The translations under genes were made by a program, and so were the position numbers. From assembly GCA_965215365.1 (NCBI GenBank), contig CBDCDS010000003.1, positions 352,001 through 416,000 of the forward strand: a DNA stretch of 64,000 bases, read 5' to 3'. Positions 19,471-30,532 of this stretch are shown in pieces; position 1 is the first letter of the stretch, and the number at the start of each line of letters is the position of its first letter. The notes below the pieces were generated by a model. That model did not search any database, had not been told where the DNA came from, and worked only from the letters and a program-made list of their open reading frames with translations. This DNA is from Gammaproteobacteria bacterium (lineage in GTDB: Bacteria > Pseudomonadota > Gammaproteobacteria > Eutrophobiales > Eutrophobiaceae).

Positions 19471-20822
19471 TATTGTTCCTCTCTGAGGCCGGCGACGCAG
19501 TGTTTGAACGCATTGCCGCGGGCGCTGAAATCCGTGAACATGTCGGTGCTGGCGCAAGCGGGGGACAGCAATACGGTATCCCCGGGCTGCGCCATACGCG
19601 CGGCGGCGCTGACCGCGGCGTCCATACTGGTTGCGTAACATACCTCGCAGTCAGGCGTAACGATGGCGGCTATTTCCCGCGCACTTTGACCCATCAGTAT
19701 GACGCCCTTGACATGCGCGCTGATGGCAGCCGCCAGCGGCGAGAAATCGGCACTCTTGCCGGCGCCACCGGCGATCAGCACGAGGTTGCGGCGTGCCGGC
19801 GCCAGACCCTGCAGGGCGGCCAGGGTAGCGCCCACATTAGTTCCCTTGGAATCGTTGATCCAGCCGACGCCGTTGAGCACAGCCACCCGTTCGCAGCGGT
19901 GCGGCAACCCGGAAAAATCGCGTGCGGCAGCCACCAGGGCCGGCAACGGCAGCTCCAGGGCCCGGCCCAGCGCCAGACAAGCCAGCACGTTGGCCAGATT
20001 GTGGCGGCCGCAAACCTTGAGTTCAGACTGCCTGAGCAGCGTCTCAGCCCGGTACAGCAGCCAGCTCTCGCCGTTGTAGCGACCGACCCGGAAGTCCGCA
20101 TCCGCCCGCGCCAGGGCATAACTGATAGTCCTGCGCCCCGGGCGCTGCATGGCGCGCACGGTGTCATCATCCAGGTTGATGATCATGGCACCGGCGCCGG
20201 CATAGATGTTCTGCTTGGCCCGTGCGTAGTCGTCCATACTGGCATGGCGATCTAGGTGGTCCGCCGACACGTTCAGCACCGCGGCGGCAACGGGGCGGTG
20301 CGAGCGCAGGGTTTGCAACTGAAAGCTGGACAGTTCCAACAGGTAATAATCCGGCGGCGGCGCAGCCAACAGGTCCAGGGCCGGGGTACCGATGTTCCCG
20401 CCCAGGCGCACCCGCAGACCCGCGCGCGCCAGCATCTGTGCCAGCAGACTCACCACCGTGCTCTTGCCATTGGACCCGGTGACCGCAACCAGCGGCGCGT
20501 TGACAGCGCGACAGAAAAGCTCTACGTCACCGACGATCTCCACCCCGGCGCGGGCGGCGGCGCGCAGGGCCGGATGCTCCGGCGCAACGCCGGGGCTGAC
20601 AATCAGCCGGCGCGCCCGGCACAACAGCTCGGGCTGAAAGTCCCCGGCAAGGAACGGCACCTGCGGGTAGCGCTGGCGCAGCTTGGCCAGCTGCGGCGGC
20701 TGCTGCCGGGTGTCGGCAACAGCCAGCCGCTCTCCCGAACCGGCCAGATGTCTGACACAGGACCAGCCGGTCTTGCCCAAACCCAGGATCAAGCTGTCGA
20801 AGCGCGGTTCCAAATCCGCCAT
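19470..20822 (-). CDS. murD: UDP-N-acetylmuramoyl-L-alanine--D-glutamate ligase
   Basis: ILGLGKTG, VSPG, TGSNGKST, LELSSFQL, DHLDRH, NDSKGTN, LLSPACAS. A GAGG RBS precedes the ATG at 20822. Confidence 0.96.
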   Translation of the reverse strand: MADLEPRFDSLILGLGKTGWSCVRHLAGSGERLAVADTRQQPPQLAKLRQRYPQVPFLAGDFQPELLCRARRLIVSPGVAPEHPALRAAARAGVEIVGDVELFCRAVNAPLVAVTGSNGKSTVVSLLAQMLARAGLRVRLGGNIGTPALDLLAAPPPDYYLLELSSFQLQTLRSHRPVAAAVLNVSADHLDRHASMDDYARAKQNIYAGAGAMIINLDDDTVRAMQRPGRRTISYALARADADFRVGRYNGESWLLYRAETLLRQSELKVCGRHNLANVLACLALGRALELPLPALVAAARDFSGLPHRCERVAVLNGVGWINDSKGTNVGATLAALQGLAPARRNLVLIAGGAGKSADFSPLAAAISAHVKGVILMGQSAREIAAIVTPDCEVCYATSMDAAVSAAARMAQPGDTVLLSPACASTDMFTDFSARGNAFKHCVAGLREEQ

Positions 20823-20857
20823 GTCATCCTCATTCGGTTTACGTTGTGGCAACATGG

Positions 20858-21940
20858 CTACCGGATCTTCATGCTGGCAAGCCCGATCAGCACCAAGATG
20901 ACGGTGATGATCCAAAAGCGCACGATCACCCGCGGTTCGGGCCAGCCCTTCAGTTCATAGTGGTGGTGCAGCGGCGCCATACGGAATATACGCTTGCCGG
21001 TCAGTTTGTAGGAGCTGACCTGCAGGATCACGGAAACCGTTTCAATAACGAACACGCCCCCCATGATGAACAGCACTAGTTCCTGCCGCACGATCACCGC
21101 AATGGTGCCCAGCGCGGCACCCAGCGACAGCGCGCCGACATCGCCCATGAACACCTGAGCCGGATAGGTGTTGAACCAGAGAAAACCCAGACCGGAACCG
21201 GCAATGGCGGCGCCGACGATGCAGATTTCACCGACGCCCGGTATGTAGGGAAAGCCCAGGTATTCGGCAAAGCGGGCATGTCCGGTGACGTAGGCGAACG
21301 CAGTCAGGCCGCCCACCACCATGACGGTCGGCAGGATCGCCAGACCATCCAGACCATCGGTCAGATTGACCGCGTTGCTGGAACCCACAATGACAAAATA
21401 GCTGGTGATGATAAACAACAGACCCAGTTCATAGTTAAAGGATTTGATGAACGGCAGGAGCAAGGTGGTTTCCTCAGGCGTAGCCGCGCTGGCGTAGAGA
21501 AAAATGCCCACGCACAGGGCGAACAGCGATTGCCAGAAATACTTCCAACGGGCGCTGAGCCCGTTGGGGTCCTTGCGTACGATCTTGCGGTAATCGTCCA
21601 CCCAGCCGAGCAGTCCGAAGGCCACGATGACACCGAACACCACCCACACGAAGCGGTTTGACAAATCCGCCCAGCACAGGATGCTCACCGAGATGGAACA
21701 CAGGATTAACACCCCGCCCATGGTCGGGGTGCCGGCTTTATCCAGGTGTGTTTGCGGGCCGTCCGTGCGCACCTCTTGCCCGATGCGGTACTTATCAAGG
21801 TAACGGATCAACCTGGGCCCGATCAGCAAGGTGACAAACAAGGCCGTCAGCGCGCCCAGGATGGTGCGAGTGATGATGTACTGAAACGCATTGAACCCGC
21901 TGAGGAACTGCGTCAGATATTCTGCCAGCCACAGCAGCAT
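20858..21940 (-). CDS. mraY: Phospho-N-acetylmuramoyl-pentapeptide transferase
   Basis: [34 protein letters not shown]. Confidence 0.98.
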   Translation of the reverse strand: MLLWLAEYLTQFLSGFNAFQYIITRTILGALTALFVTLLIGPRLIRYLDKYRIGQEVRTDGPQTHLDKAGTPTMGGVLILCSISVSILCWADLSNRFVWVVFGVIVAFGLLGWVDDYRKIVRKDPNGLSARWKYFWQSLFALCVGIFLYASAATPEETTLLLPFIKSFNYELGLLFIITSYFVIVGSSNAVNLTDGLDGLAILPTVMVVGGLTAFAYVTGHARFAEYLGFPYIPGVGEICIVGAAIAGSGLGFLWFNTYPAQVFMGDVGALSLGAALGTIAVIVRQELVLFIMGGVFVIETVSVILQVSSYKLTGKRIFRMAPLHHHYELKGWPEPRVIVRFWIITVILVLIGLASMKIR

Positions 21941-23295
21941 CAGCCGGTCTCCTGCGTCAGCGCGGCCACTAGCCGTTCCATAGCCATGGATCTCGAACCC
22001 TTGACCAGTAATACCACCTCGGGACGCAGCGCCGCGCGCAGCGCCTCGAGCAGGTCATCCGGCTCAGTAAAATGTGCGCCCCCGGCACCGAAACCGGTTA
22101 CCGCGTGCGCGGCCAGCGCGCCAATGCCGTACAGGCGTTCGACGCCCAGCGCGCGCGCCTGGGCGCCGGCCTGCTCGTGCAGCGCGGCGGCGGCGGTGCC
22201 CAGTTCGCCCATATCGCCCAGCGCCAGCCAGCAACGGCCCGGCATAGCACACGCCACCTCCAGCGCCGCGCGCAAGGACCCGGGGTTGGCATTGTAGCTG
22301 TCATCCAGGATGCCGGCGCCATGCCGCCCGGGTTTCAACTGCATGCGCCCGGCTACCGCCCGCACCTGACCCAGACCGCCGGTTATCTGCTCCAAGGGGA
22401 TGTCGATAGCGCAACAGCAGGCCGCAGCCGCCAGTGCGTTCATAACGTTGTGCGCGCCGCACAGGCTTAATTCCACAGGGGCCTGGCGTCCGTACAGCGC
22501 CAGTTCGAAGCGGGTCTGCCCGGTGGCAGGGTCAAGTTTGACGGCAGTGGCGGTCACATCTGCCGGCGAGTTCAGGCCAAAGGTGATTTGCCGCCGGTCA
22601 CGGGTGCGTTCCAGCCAGAACCCGGCGTAGGCATCATCGCCGTTGACGACGGCCGTACCGCCCGGCGCCAATTCCTGGTAAATCTCGGCCTTGGCCGCAG
22701 CTACGCCGTCCACAGAACCGAAACCCTGGAGGTGGGCCGGCGCGCACTGGGTGATGAGCGCCACCTGGGGTTGGGCCAGACGGCTTAACCAGCTTATCTC
22801 GCCGGGGTGATTGGCGCCCATCTCAATCACGGCATAGGCGTAACCGGGCGCCAGCCGGAACAGAGTCAACGGCACGCCGATGTCGTTGTTCAGATTGCCG
22901 CGGGTAGCCAGCACTTCGGCGTTGACGGACAGAATAGCGCGCAGCATTTCCTTCACCGTAGTCTTGCCATTGCTGCCGGTCACGGCAATGACCGGCAGCT
23001 CAAAGCGCGCGCGCCAGTGGGCCGCCAGCAAGCCCGCTTGCCGCCTGGCGTCGGCCACCCGGATGACAGGCAGGGGATAGTCGGCATCGCGCTCCACCAG
23101 CGCCGCGCCGGCGCCTTGGGCGCAGGCGGCGGGGATAAAGTCGTGGCCATCCCGCGCCGGCCCGCGCAAGGCGATGAACAGCGCCTCGGGTTCCAGCGCG
23201 CGACTGTCATAACTGCATCCGGTGAAGCGCCGGTCTGCGCCCCTGAGCTCGCCATTGATGACGCCGCAAGCGGTTGCTAATGGCATACTGATCAC
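21940..23295 (-). CDS. murF: UDP-MurNAc-tripeptide--D-Ala-D-Ala ligase
   Basis: [40 protein letters not shown]. Confidence 0.97.
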   Translation of the reverse strand: MISMPLATACGVINGELRGADRRFTGCSYDSRALEPEALFIALRGPARDGHDFIPAACAQGAGAALVERDADYPLPVIRVADARRQAGLLAAHWRARFELPVIAVTGSNGKTTVKEMLRAILSVNAEVLATRGNLNNDIGVPLTLFRLAPGYAYAVIEMGANHPGEISWLSRLAQPQVALITQCAPAHLQGFGSVDGVAAAKAEIYQELAPGGTAVVNGDDAYAGFWLERTRDRRQITFGLNSPADVTATAVKLDPATGQTRFELALYGRQAPVELSLCGAHNVMNALAAAACCCAIDIPLEQITGGLGQVRAVAGRMQLKPGRHGAGILDDSYNANPGSLRAALEVACAMPGRCWLALGDMGELGTAAAALHEQAGAQARALGVERLYGIGALAAHAVTGFGAGGAHFTEPDDLLEALRAALRPEVVLLVKGSRSMAMERLVAALTQETG

Positions 23296-24830
23296 GCGGC
23301 TTGCTCCAGCAGCTGTCGGACTTGCTGGCGGTCGCTGAAGGGGTGGCGCTGACCGGCGATTTCCTGGCAGGTCTCATGGCCTTTGCCGGCGATCAGCGCA
23401 ATGTCACCCGGGCCCGCCTTGTGCAGGGCCAGCTCAATGGCCCTGGAACGGTTGCGTTCGACAGTCACCGCAGCCTTGTGGCTGATACCGGACAGAATGT
23501 CAGCGATGATGTCGGCGCCGGCTTCGCCACGCGGGTTGTCATCGGTGAGGATGATCTCGGTGGCAAGGCGTTCCGCCACTTCCCCCATCAGCGCGCGTTT
23601 GTCGCGGTCGCGCTCGCCACCGCAGCCGAACACACAGAGCAGGCGCGCGGCACCCGCCTCCCGCAAATGCCGCAGCGCCTGTTCCAGCGCGGCAGGGGTA
23701 TGCGCGTAATCAACGACGATGCGGGCGCCGTCGGCACGGGCGAAAGTTTCCATGCGGCCGGGAACCGGAGTCAGGTTTTCCAGTTGCGCCAATACCTGCT
23801 CCAACGACAGTCCCGCCAGACACAGCAGGGCGATGACAGCCAGGATATTGCCGACATTGAATGTTCCTGTCACCTGCAGGCGCGCCTGCCCCTGGCCCCA
23901 GGGACTGGCAACAGCCAACGCCAGCCCGGTGCCTGAGGCGCGCGCAGCCGCCGCCGGGGTCAGGGTTGCCCGGACTACAGGTTGACGCCGCCCGCCCGCC
24001 ATGCCATAGCTGATGGCTTCCACCGCCGCCGGCAGGCGTTGCAGTATTTTGCGTCCGTACTCATCGTCACAGTTCACCAGCGCGGCGCGCAGTGACGGGA
24101 ATGCGAACAGCTTTTGCTTGGCTGCGAAGTACTCGTCCAGACTGTGGTGGTAGTCCAGATGATCGCGGCTCAGGTTGGTGAACACGGCCACATCGAAGTC
24201 GATGCCGTTGACCCGGCCCTGGTCCAAGGCGTGGGATGATACCTCCATAAATGCCGTATCCATGCCGGCCTCCACAAAGCCGGCGCACAGGCGTTGCAGT
24301 TCAATGGCCCCGGGGGTGGTGTTCGGACCGGACGCCAGTTCCGGGAAAGAGCCGTAGCCCAGTGTGCCCACCAGGCCCGCCGGTTGCCCGGTGAGCAATG
24401 AGTGCAGCTGCGCCGCCCACCAGCAGATCGAGGTTTTGCCGTTGGTGCCGGTGACGCCGGCAAGGCGCAGGCGGCGGCTGGGCGCCTGATAAAACCGCGC
24501 GGCGATCAAACCCAGCTTGTCACGCAGGTTGGCGACCGGAATCACCACGCCCAGGCGCCGGTCCAGGTCGGACTGCAAGGCCTCGTCCACCACCACCGCG
24601 GCGGCGCCGGCCTTGATGGCGTCGCGAATAAACAGGCTGCCGCGGGTCTGTGACCCGCGGCAGGCCAGAAACAGGTCGCCCGCGCACAGGTTGCGACTGT
24701 CGGCGCTGAGCCCGCGGATGGAGAGGTCCTGGTTGACGTTATCCTGTATGGTAACGGGGTCGGCCAGCCCTTGCAGCAGCGCCCGCAATGGCATCCCGGG
24801 GTGTCGATTGCGTGCCGGCAATATCATCAA
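23292..24830 (-). CDS. murE: UDP-MurNAc-dipeptide--meso-DAP ligase
   Basis: TGTNGKT, MEVSSH, FTNLSRDHLDYH, VDYAHTP, DNPR (meso-DAP specificity), AGKGHE. Confidence 0.97.
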   Translation of the reverse strand: MMILPARNRHPGMPLRALLQGLADPVTIQDNVNQDLSIRGLSADSRNLCAGDLFLACRGSQTRGSLFIRDAIKAGAAAVVVDEALQSDLDRRLGVVIPVANLRDKLGLIAARFYQAPSRRLRLAGVTGTNGKTSICWWAAQLHSLLTGQPAGLVGTLGYGSFPELASGPNTTPGAIELQRLCAGFVEAGMDTAFMEVSSHALDQGRVNGIDFDVAVFTNLSRDHLDYHHSLDEYFAAKQKLFAFPSLRAALVNCDDEYGRKILQRLPAAVEAISYGMAGGRRQPVVRATLTPAAAARASGTGLALAVASPWGQGQARLQVTGTFNVGNILAVIALLCLAGLSLEQVLAQLENLTPVPGRMETFARADGARIVVDYAHTPAALEQALRHLREAGAARLLCVFGCGGERDRDKRALMGEVAERLATEIILTDDNPRGEAGADIIADILSGISHKAAVTVERNRSRAIELALHKAGPGDIALIAGKGHETCQEIAGQRHPFSDRQQVRQLLEQAA

Positions 24831-26566
24831 CCCGGGCTTCTCAGCAAATTGCTGTTGTTGGCGAGCAGCGCCCGTTGCTTCAACCCGATCAGGTTGTCAG
24901 GCGGGATATTCAATATGCGCAACGCGCCGTGCATGATATTGGCGAACACCGGCGCCGCCACCAGACCGCCGTAATATTCTCCAGCGCCGGGCTCATCAAT
25001 CAATACGACCAGCGTCAACCGCGGTTCCGTAGCCGGGGCGAAGCCGGCAAACAGCGACAGGTAACGGTCCTCATCGTAGCCTGCCTCCGAAGCCTTGTGT
25101 ACGGTGCCGGTCTTGCCGGCAACATGGTAGCCCTCTACGGCTGCACGCGTGCCGCTGCCGCCTTGCCCGACTACCGTGCGCATCATCGTGTTCACCTCGA
25201 ACGCGATCGCCTCCGACAGCACCCGCTTGGGGGTCGGGGGAGCGCTGACTTTCTGGAAACTGAGCGGGTACAGCAGCCCGCCTGAGGCAATCACGGCATA
25301 GGCCTGAGCCAACTGCATGGCCGTCACTGAAATGCCGTAGCCGTAGGAGGCCGCCGCCAGATCGATGCGCGACCAGTCGCCGGGGTCGGCCAGCGTCCCC
25401 AGGGCTTCACCCGGGTAACCGCTCATAGTCGGGGCTCCGAAACCAACATCCTGATGCACCTGCCACAGCGGTTCCGGCCCCAGCGACAGCGCCACTTTGG
25501 TGCTGCCGACGTTGCTCGATTTGCGGATGATGTCACTGATGCTCAACAGTCCGTAGTTGTTGATGTCGCTGATCGAATAACGGCCGATGGCAAGCCGTCC
25601 CGGCGCCGTGTCGATCATAGTCTCCGGCCGGTATTGGCCGGATCTGAGCGCGGCGGCGATGGTAAACGGTTTGATGGTGGAGCCGGGCTCGAATACGTCC
25701 GTTACCACGCGGTTGCGATACTGGTTGCCACTGATACCGATGCGGTTATTAGGGTTGAATGAGGGTTGCACCGCCAGCGCCAGCACCTCGCCGGTGCGCA
25801 CATCCAGCAATAGCGCCATGCCGCCACTGGCCTTGTGCTTGAGCACCGCGGATTTCAGTTCGCGGTAGCTCAGGTATTGCAACCGCTGGTCCAGGGCCAG
25901 GGTCAGCGCCTCGCCGGGTATGGACTGCTCGATATTCTCAATATCCTTGACCACCGAACCATACAGGTCTTTCAACACCATTTTTTTGCCCGGCGCGCCG
26001 CGCAACCAGTCATCAAAAGCCAGTTCGATGCCTTCCTGCCCGCGGTCATCAATATTGGTAAACCCAATCAGGTGCGAGGCCACCTCGCCGGAAGGATAAT
26101 AGCGCTTGTATTCCTTGATGGTGTTAATACCTGGAATTTTCATGGTTTGCGCCTGACGCGCAAGGTCGGGTCTGACGTGGCGCGCCAGATAAAAGAAGTC
26201 GCGGCGCTGCCGCGCGGAGAGCGTTTGACGCAGCTCTGCTGCTGACATATCCAGCAATTCGGCCAGTTCGTTCAGGTCGGCGCCCGAAGCCAGCGTGCGC
26301 GCGGGCACGGCCCAGATTGAGTCGACCGGCGTGCTCACTGCCAGGAGTTCGCCGTAGCGGTCGGTAATGATGCCCCGGTAAGCAGGAATGGTAACGTTGC
26401 GAACGGCCCTGGCATTGCCCTCGTTGATGAGAAAATCCTTGTTCAGAATCTGCAGATAAAAGGCGCGCAGGAAGATGGCCGCGGCGGCGCCGACGAACAA
26501 GGCCAGCAGCAGCCGCCGGCGCCCGGCAAAACCGAGTTCGATGGAGCTTTTGTTGCGGGTGCTCAT
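24827..26566 (-). CDS. ftsI: Peptidoglycan D,D-transpeptidase FtsI (PBP3)
   Basis: RGIITDR, EPGSTIK (SxxK), SSN (SxN), KTG. Start placed at the ATGA overlap with ftsL. Confidence 0.96.
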   Translation of the reverse strand: MSTRNKSSIELGFAGRRRLLLALFVGAAAAIFLRAFYLQILNKDFLINEGNARAVRNVTIPAYRGIITDRYGELLAVSTPVDSIWAVPARTLASGADLNELAELLDMSAAELRQTLSARQRRDFFYLARHVRPDLARQAQTMKIPGINTIKEYKRYYPSGEVASHLIGFTNIDDRGQEGIELAFDDWLRGAPGKKMVLKDLYGSVVKDIENIEQSIPGEALTLALDQRLQYLSYRELKSAVLKHKASGGMALLLDVRTGEVLALAVQPSFNPNNRIGISGNQYRNRVVTDVFEPGSTIKPFTIAAALRSGQYRPETMIDTAPGRLAIGRYSISDINNYGLLSISDIIRKSSNVGSTKVALSLGPEPLWQVHQDVGFGAPTMSGYPGEALGTLADPGDWSRIDLAAASYGYGISVTAMQLAQAYAVIASGGLLYPLSFQKVSAPPTPKRVLSEAIAFEVNTMMRTVVGQGGSGTRAAVEGYHVAGKTGTVHKASEAGYDEDRYLSLFAGFAPATEPRLTLVVLIDEPGAGEYYGGLVAAPVFANIMHGALRILNIPPDNLIGLKQRALLANNSNLLRSPG

Positions 26567-26829
26567 GGCACTAAAAATACTCTGGAACGGTTGTCCGGCG
26601 CGCGCATGTCCAGGTCCTCCCTGACGATACGCTCGATGTGTTCTTCCATCGTCCAGGTGCTTTGCTCGATCTGCAATTTGCTCCATTCCTCATTCAACAG
26701 GTCGCGCTCCTTTTTTAACTGCTCTATCTCCATGAAAACGTTGCGCGCGGCATGTTGCGTGCCCACCACGGATACCGCCGACACCAGCACCGCGCCTACC
26801 AGCAACAGCACCACCACGCCCTTGATCAC
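26563..26829 (-). CDS. ftsL: Cell division protein FtsL
   Basis: TM plus coiled coil (EWSKLQIEQST); lies between rsmH and ftsI. Confidence 0.92.
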   Translation of the reverse strand: MIKGVVVLLLVGAVLVSAVSVVGTQHAARNVFMEIEQLKKERDLLNEEWSKLQIEQSTWTMEEHIERIVREDLDMRAPDNRSRVFLVP

Positions 26830-27764
26830 GATAGTTTCTCCGCCACTCTCAAAGTTGCGCTGCGGCCGCGCGGGTTGCGTGCGTTGGCCGCCGCCCCGGG
26901 CTGTTGCGGCGCTCCTATTGCGCGCAAGACGGGCTTTATCTGCGCGGCGGCAACGGGCAGGTAACTCGGGTAAGGGTCGGCCCGGAACTGCTGTCTGATG
27001 AAGCGTTTTACGATGCGATCTTCACCGGAATGAAAACTGATCACGGCCAGCCGGCCGCCGACCCGCAGCGCCTCGAGTGCCTGGGTCAGCGCGGTGCGCA
27101 ATTCCTCCAGTTCATGATTGATGTGGATGCGGATGGCCTGGAAGGAACGGGTCGCGGGGTGTTGGTCCCGCTCCAGAGTGGGAACCACGGTCTTGATCAG
27201 TTCGGCAAGTTGCGAGGTGGAGGTGAGGGGCTGCTCGGCACGCCGCGCCACGATGGCCCGGGCGATGCGTCGGGCATAGCGCTCCTCGCCGAAATTGCGC
27301 AACACTGCGCTGATTTCCGCTTGGGTGGCGCGGTTTATCCAAGTCGCCGCGCTGCAACCTGTGGTCGGGTTCATTCTCATGTCAAGCACGCCATCCCGGA
27401 GAAAACTGAACCCCCGGGACGCATCATCCAGTTGCGGCGAGGAAACCCCCAGGTCAAACAACAAACCATCCACCAGGCCCGCCAGACCCAGGTTATCGAC
27501 AACTTCAGCAAGACGGGTGAACGAACCGGCATAGCAACTGAAGCGTGGGTCACCGGCAAACTCCTGCCTGGCAAACCTGAGCGCGTCCGGGTCCTTGTCA
27601 AATGCCAGCAGGCGCCCGCATGCGCCAAGACGCTCGAGTATCGCCCTGCTATGACCGCCGCGACCGAAGGTACAGTCCACATAACAACCGTGCGGACGCA
27701 AAGCCAGCGCTTCGATGGCCTCATCCAGCAGTACCGGTTCATGTGTGTAATCATTCAAATTCAA
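26826..27764 (-). CDS. rsmH: 16S rRNA C1402 N4-methyltransferase
   Basis: HEPVLL, DCTFGRGGHS, DLGVSSPQLD, HPATRSFQAIRI, ISFHS. Confidence 0.97.
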   Translation of the reverse strand: MNLNDYTHEPVLLDEAIEALALRPHGCYVDCTFGRGGHSRAILERLGACGRLLAFDKDPDALRFARQEFAGDPRFSCYAGSFTRLAEVVDNLGLAGLVDGLLFDLGVSSPQLDDASRGFSFLRDGVLDMRMNPTTGCSAATWINRATQAEISAVLRNFGEERYARRIARAIVARRAEQPLTSTSQLAELIKTVVPTLERDQHPATRSFQAIRIHINHELEELRTALTQALEALRVGGRLAVISFHSGEDRIVKRFIRQQFRADPYPSYLPVAAAQIKPVLRAIGAPQQPGAAANARNPRGRSATLRVAEKLS

Positions 27765-27773
27765 TGAGAAGGA

Positions 27774-28232
27774 TCACAAGGACAGTGATTGCAGCGCTGC
27801 GGCCGGCGCCCCCTGTTCGTCACCTACCTGCTGCAACCAGTGCTCACGCTGTGCCTGCCAACTGGTTCTGTTCCAGATTTCAAATTTATTGCCCTGACCC
27901 AGCAGCACCGCCTGTTTATCGATTTGGGCATAGTCGCGCAGTTCCGCCGGGATCAGGATTCTGCCGTGCGTGTCCAACTGGCAATCGGTGGCATAGCCGC
28001 GCATCATCTGCTTGGCCCGGCGGCTGCGAGTATCAAAATCCGACAGGTCTGCCAGTTTTGCTTCGATAATTTCCCATTCGGGCAACGGGTACAGCCACAG
28101 GGAACGATCCAGCGGATTCAAGGTCTGCACCAGCGCGCCGTCAGCCCCACCCACGAGCCGTTCGCGATAACGGCTGGGTACGGCCAATCTGCCCTTGCTA
28201 TCAAGACTGACGCTGCTGAAACCCCGGAACAT
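27774..28232 (-). CDS. mraZ: Division/cell wall cluster transcriptional repressor MraZ
   Basis: Two DxxGR motifs (LDSKGRL, LDTHGRI), GNKFEIW. Confidence 0.97.
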   Translation of the reverse strand: MFRGFSSVSLDSKGRLAVPSRYRERLVGGADGALVQTLNPLDRSLWLYPLPEWEIIEAKLADLSDFDTRSRRAKQMMRGYATDCQLDTHGRILIPAELRDYAQIDKQAVLLGQGNKFEIWNRTSWQAQREHWLQQVGDEQGAPAAALQSLSL

Positions 28233-28258
28233 TTCTCAACCCCTCTGACACATTTAGT

Positions 28259-28321
28259 ACCACAATTACCCACTTTCTCCCACAATCTCTAACTATAGAA
28301 AGCAAAGCAGGGGGCTGTCAA
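28259..28321 (-). promoter_or_regulatory. dcw (mraZ) sigma70 promoter with MraZ-binding boxes
   Basis: Minus strand: TTGACA (28321-28316), 18-bp spacer, TATAGT (28297-28292). GTGGG/GTGGG/GTGGT boxes follow at a 10-bp period (28283, 28273, 28263), matching known MraZ operator repeats. Confidence 0.8.
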
Positions 28322-28548
28322 GTAAATGTTGTAACTTTTCCGTAAAAATTTGCCAGTGTTACAAGCACTTATGCGAGACTGTGCGAAGCAGTCGGTGGGA
28401 ATTGAGAAATAAACTTATATAAATTAGATAGTTGTCAAGGTTTATTGAGAAAAGACAGAAGGAGGGAGAGGGACAAGCACAAAGTGAGGGGGTGAGAAGT
28501 TACTACTGGTAACCTCTAAAAAAAGTGTCCCTTCGAGACTTTTTCCCA

Positions 28549-28597
28549 CTGGATTCCCGCATTCGCGGGAATAACGATGAAGAGATCGGGAATGACG
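28549..28597. repeat. REP-like palindrome
   Basis: ATTCCCGC-ATTC-GCGGGAAT hairpin (28553-28572) plus a second half-site CGGGAATGAC. Confidence 0.65.
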
Positions 28598-28626
28598 AAC
28601 GGGGGGGGCGAGGAGTTACGGGTACC

Positions 28627-29013
28627 CTACTGCTTATAAAACCAGAACTCCATCTCCACCGCGGCGTTGATGGGCAGCGCGCTGACACCAATGGCGGTAC
28701 GGGCGGGGAGACGCCTATCGGCGCTGAATACAGCTTCCCAGGCTTTGTTGATGTCCGCGAACCGGCCCATCTGCGTAGTGAAAATGCTGGCGCTGACCAT
28801 ATCATCTAGGGACAGGCCGAAATCGGGCAAGGCTTCGAGCAGGTTGCTGAGGATCCTGGCCGCCTCGGCGCCGGCGCCGCCTTGCTCCAGAGCGCCAGTC
28901 TCCTTGTTCAAGGCGAGCATGCCCGCGGTTTTGTAGAACGGGCCAGCCTTGACCAGCGGACTGTAGCGGAACAGCGGCGCCGACAGGTTGTTTGAACTGA
29001 GTGCTTGTATCAT
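28627..29013 (-). CDS. RidA/YjgF family protein
   Basis: YSPLVKAG, FADINKAW, PARTAIGVSALPINAAVEME; start MIQAL at 29013. Confidence 0.9.
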   Translation of the reverse strand: MIQALSSNNLSAPLFRYSPLVKAGPFYKTAGMLALNKETGALEQGGAGAEAARILSNLLEALPDFGLSLDDMVSASIFTTQMGRFADINKAWEAVFSADRRLPARTAIGVSALPINAAVEMEFWFYKQ

Positions 29014-29164
29014 GGGTCGAAGTCCTCGTTTATGAGGGATATTATACCTTAAAAAAATCCGGCGCGATGTTCGCGTCGCTTGGTGAGATATGCGGGTTAA
29101 ACAGCTTGCGTAATCATCTTGTGCGCGGCCTAGAACAGTGAGCTTGCCGGATTGGCCGACAAGC

Positions 29165-30526
29165 TCAATTCTCACTCTCCCGGGCATCCCACAATTCCTG
29201 CCAATGATTGACCATGTAAAAGGGTATGGAAACAACGGGGGGTTGATATTGCAACGGCGCGGCCGATATTTTAATACCCCATCGTTGTTGTCTTTCCGAG
29301 AGAAACTGGTGCAGGCTTCTCAAGCGCCCGGTTTTCCCTGCTTTTACCTCTATCGGCACGAGGTCAGTACCGGATTGGCATACATAATCAATTTCAGCGC
29401 TGCTGTTTCTGGCCTCTCTGGCCCAGTAATACAGCGCCGGCCTAGTGAAACAATCCTGGCAGGCAAGCAGTTCCTGCCCGACAAATTGCTCCATTAACGC
29501 GCCATGATAGAGCGCCATCAGCTCTTTCTCCCGGATGATGTCTGTCGCCAGACCACAAAGGTTTTGCATCAGCCCGACATCAAGAAAAAGCACTTTGAAA
29601 AAACGCTCGTTGATATTGGCTCCCAGGGGCAAGCCCTCAGCGGATGACTTGATGACTTTGTGATATACCCCGGCCAGCGCCAGTAATTCCAAGGCGGTTT
29701 TTATGTTTCTGGAAAGTTCATCAGGGTCAACCCTGGCATATTTGAACTTGCTTCCCACCTGTTGCACGGCGGACTCGAATACCCTGCCGACGTTTTCGTG
29801 GCGTCCGAATTTTACGTATTTGTTGAAATCATCCCGATAAGTCTGTAGCAGGGAGGTCTGGATTTGGCGACATTGCTCATAGTTCCCGGACTCCAGGTAT
29901 TCCGCCACCACTTCAGGCATACCTCCGAGCAGCAGGTATTCCCTTACCCGGTCAAGCAGAGTGTTGTGAACCACCGGTTCTGCGAACAAACTACGGTCAT
30001 TTTTGAGCGCTTCGACTACCGTCTCCTGCCCCCGGGCAAGCAGGAACTCCTCAAAACCCATGGGCTTCATGTACAGGTACTGGACACGCCCCACCGGCAT
30101 GGGCAAACCACTCGTGCTCAGGGTCAGCTCCAGCAATGAACCCGCCGCAATCACGTGCAGTTCCGGCGTTTCCTCATAGAAGTAGCGCAACACCGAAACA
30201 GCCTTGGGAAATGCCTGGATCTCGTCTATAAACAACAGTGTTCTGCCGGGAACGACTTTTTGCCCGGTGAGTATTTCGATTTTGTTGAGTATCTCCCTGG
30301 GCTTCATACTCCGGAACAGTTCCGCAACCTGCGGTTCCGATTCAAGATTGATGACCGCCATAGCAGCAAATTCCTGCTCACCAAAGCGTTGCACAGACCA
30401 GGATTTCCCCACCTGACGCGCACCCCGGATCAACAAGGGCTTGCGCCTAGGAGCATCACGCCAAGCCCGCAGAACAGCATCAATGGAACGCTTCACGATC
30501 GGCGCCTCCGGCAAATAAGAAGGCAC
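29165..30526 (-). CDS. AAA+ ATP-binding protein with DUF4143 domain
   Basis: Walker A GARQVGKS, Walker B FIDEIQ, AAGSLL, GGMPE, FLDVGL, AEIDY...PIEVKAG. Confidence 0.92.
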   Translation of the reverse strand: MPSYLPEAPIVKRSIDAVLRAWRDAPRRKPLLIRGARQVGKSWSVQRFGEQEFAAMAVINLESEPQVAELFRSMKPREILNKIEILTGQKVVPGRTLLFIDEIQAFPKAVSVLRYFYEETPELHVIAAGSLLELTLSTSGLPMPVGRVQYLYMKPMGFEEFLLARGQETVVEALKNDRSLFAEPVVHNTLLDRVREYLLLGGMPEVVAEYLESGNYEQCRQIQTSLLQTYRDDFNKYVKFGRHENVGRVFESAVQQVGSKFKYARVDPDELSRNIKTALELLALAGVYHKVIKSSAEGLPLGANINERFFKVLFLDVGLMQNLCGLATDIIREKELMALYHGALMEQFVGQELLACQDCFTRPALYYWAREARNSSAEIDYVCQSGTDLVPIEVKAGKTGRLRSLHQFLSERQQRWGIKISAAPLQYQPPVVSIPFYMVNHWQELWDARESEN

Positions 30527-30532
30527 TATACT

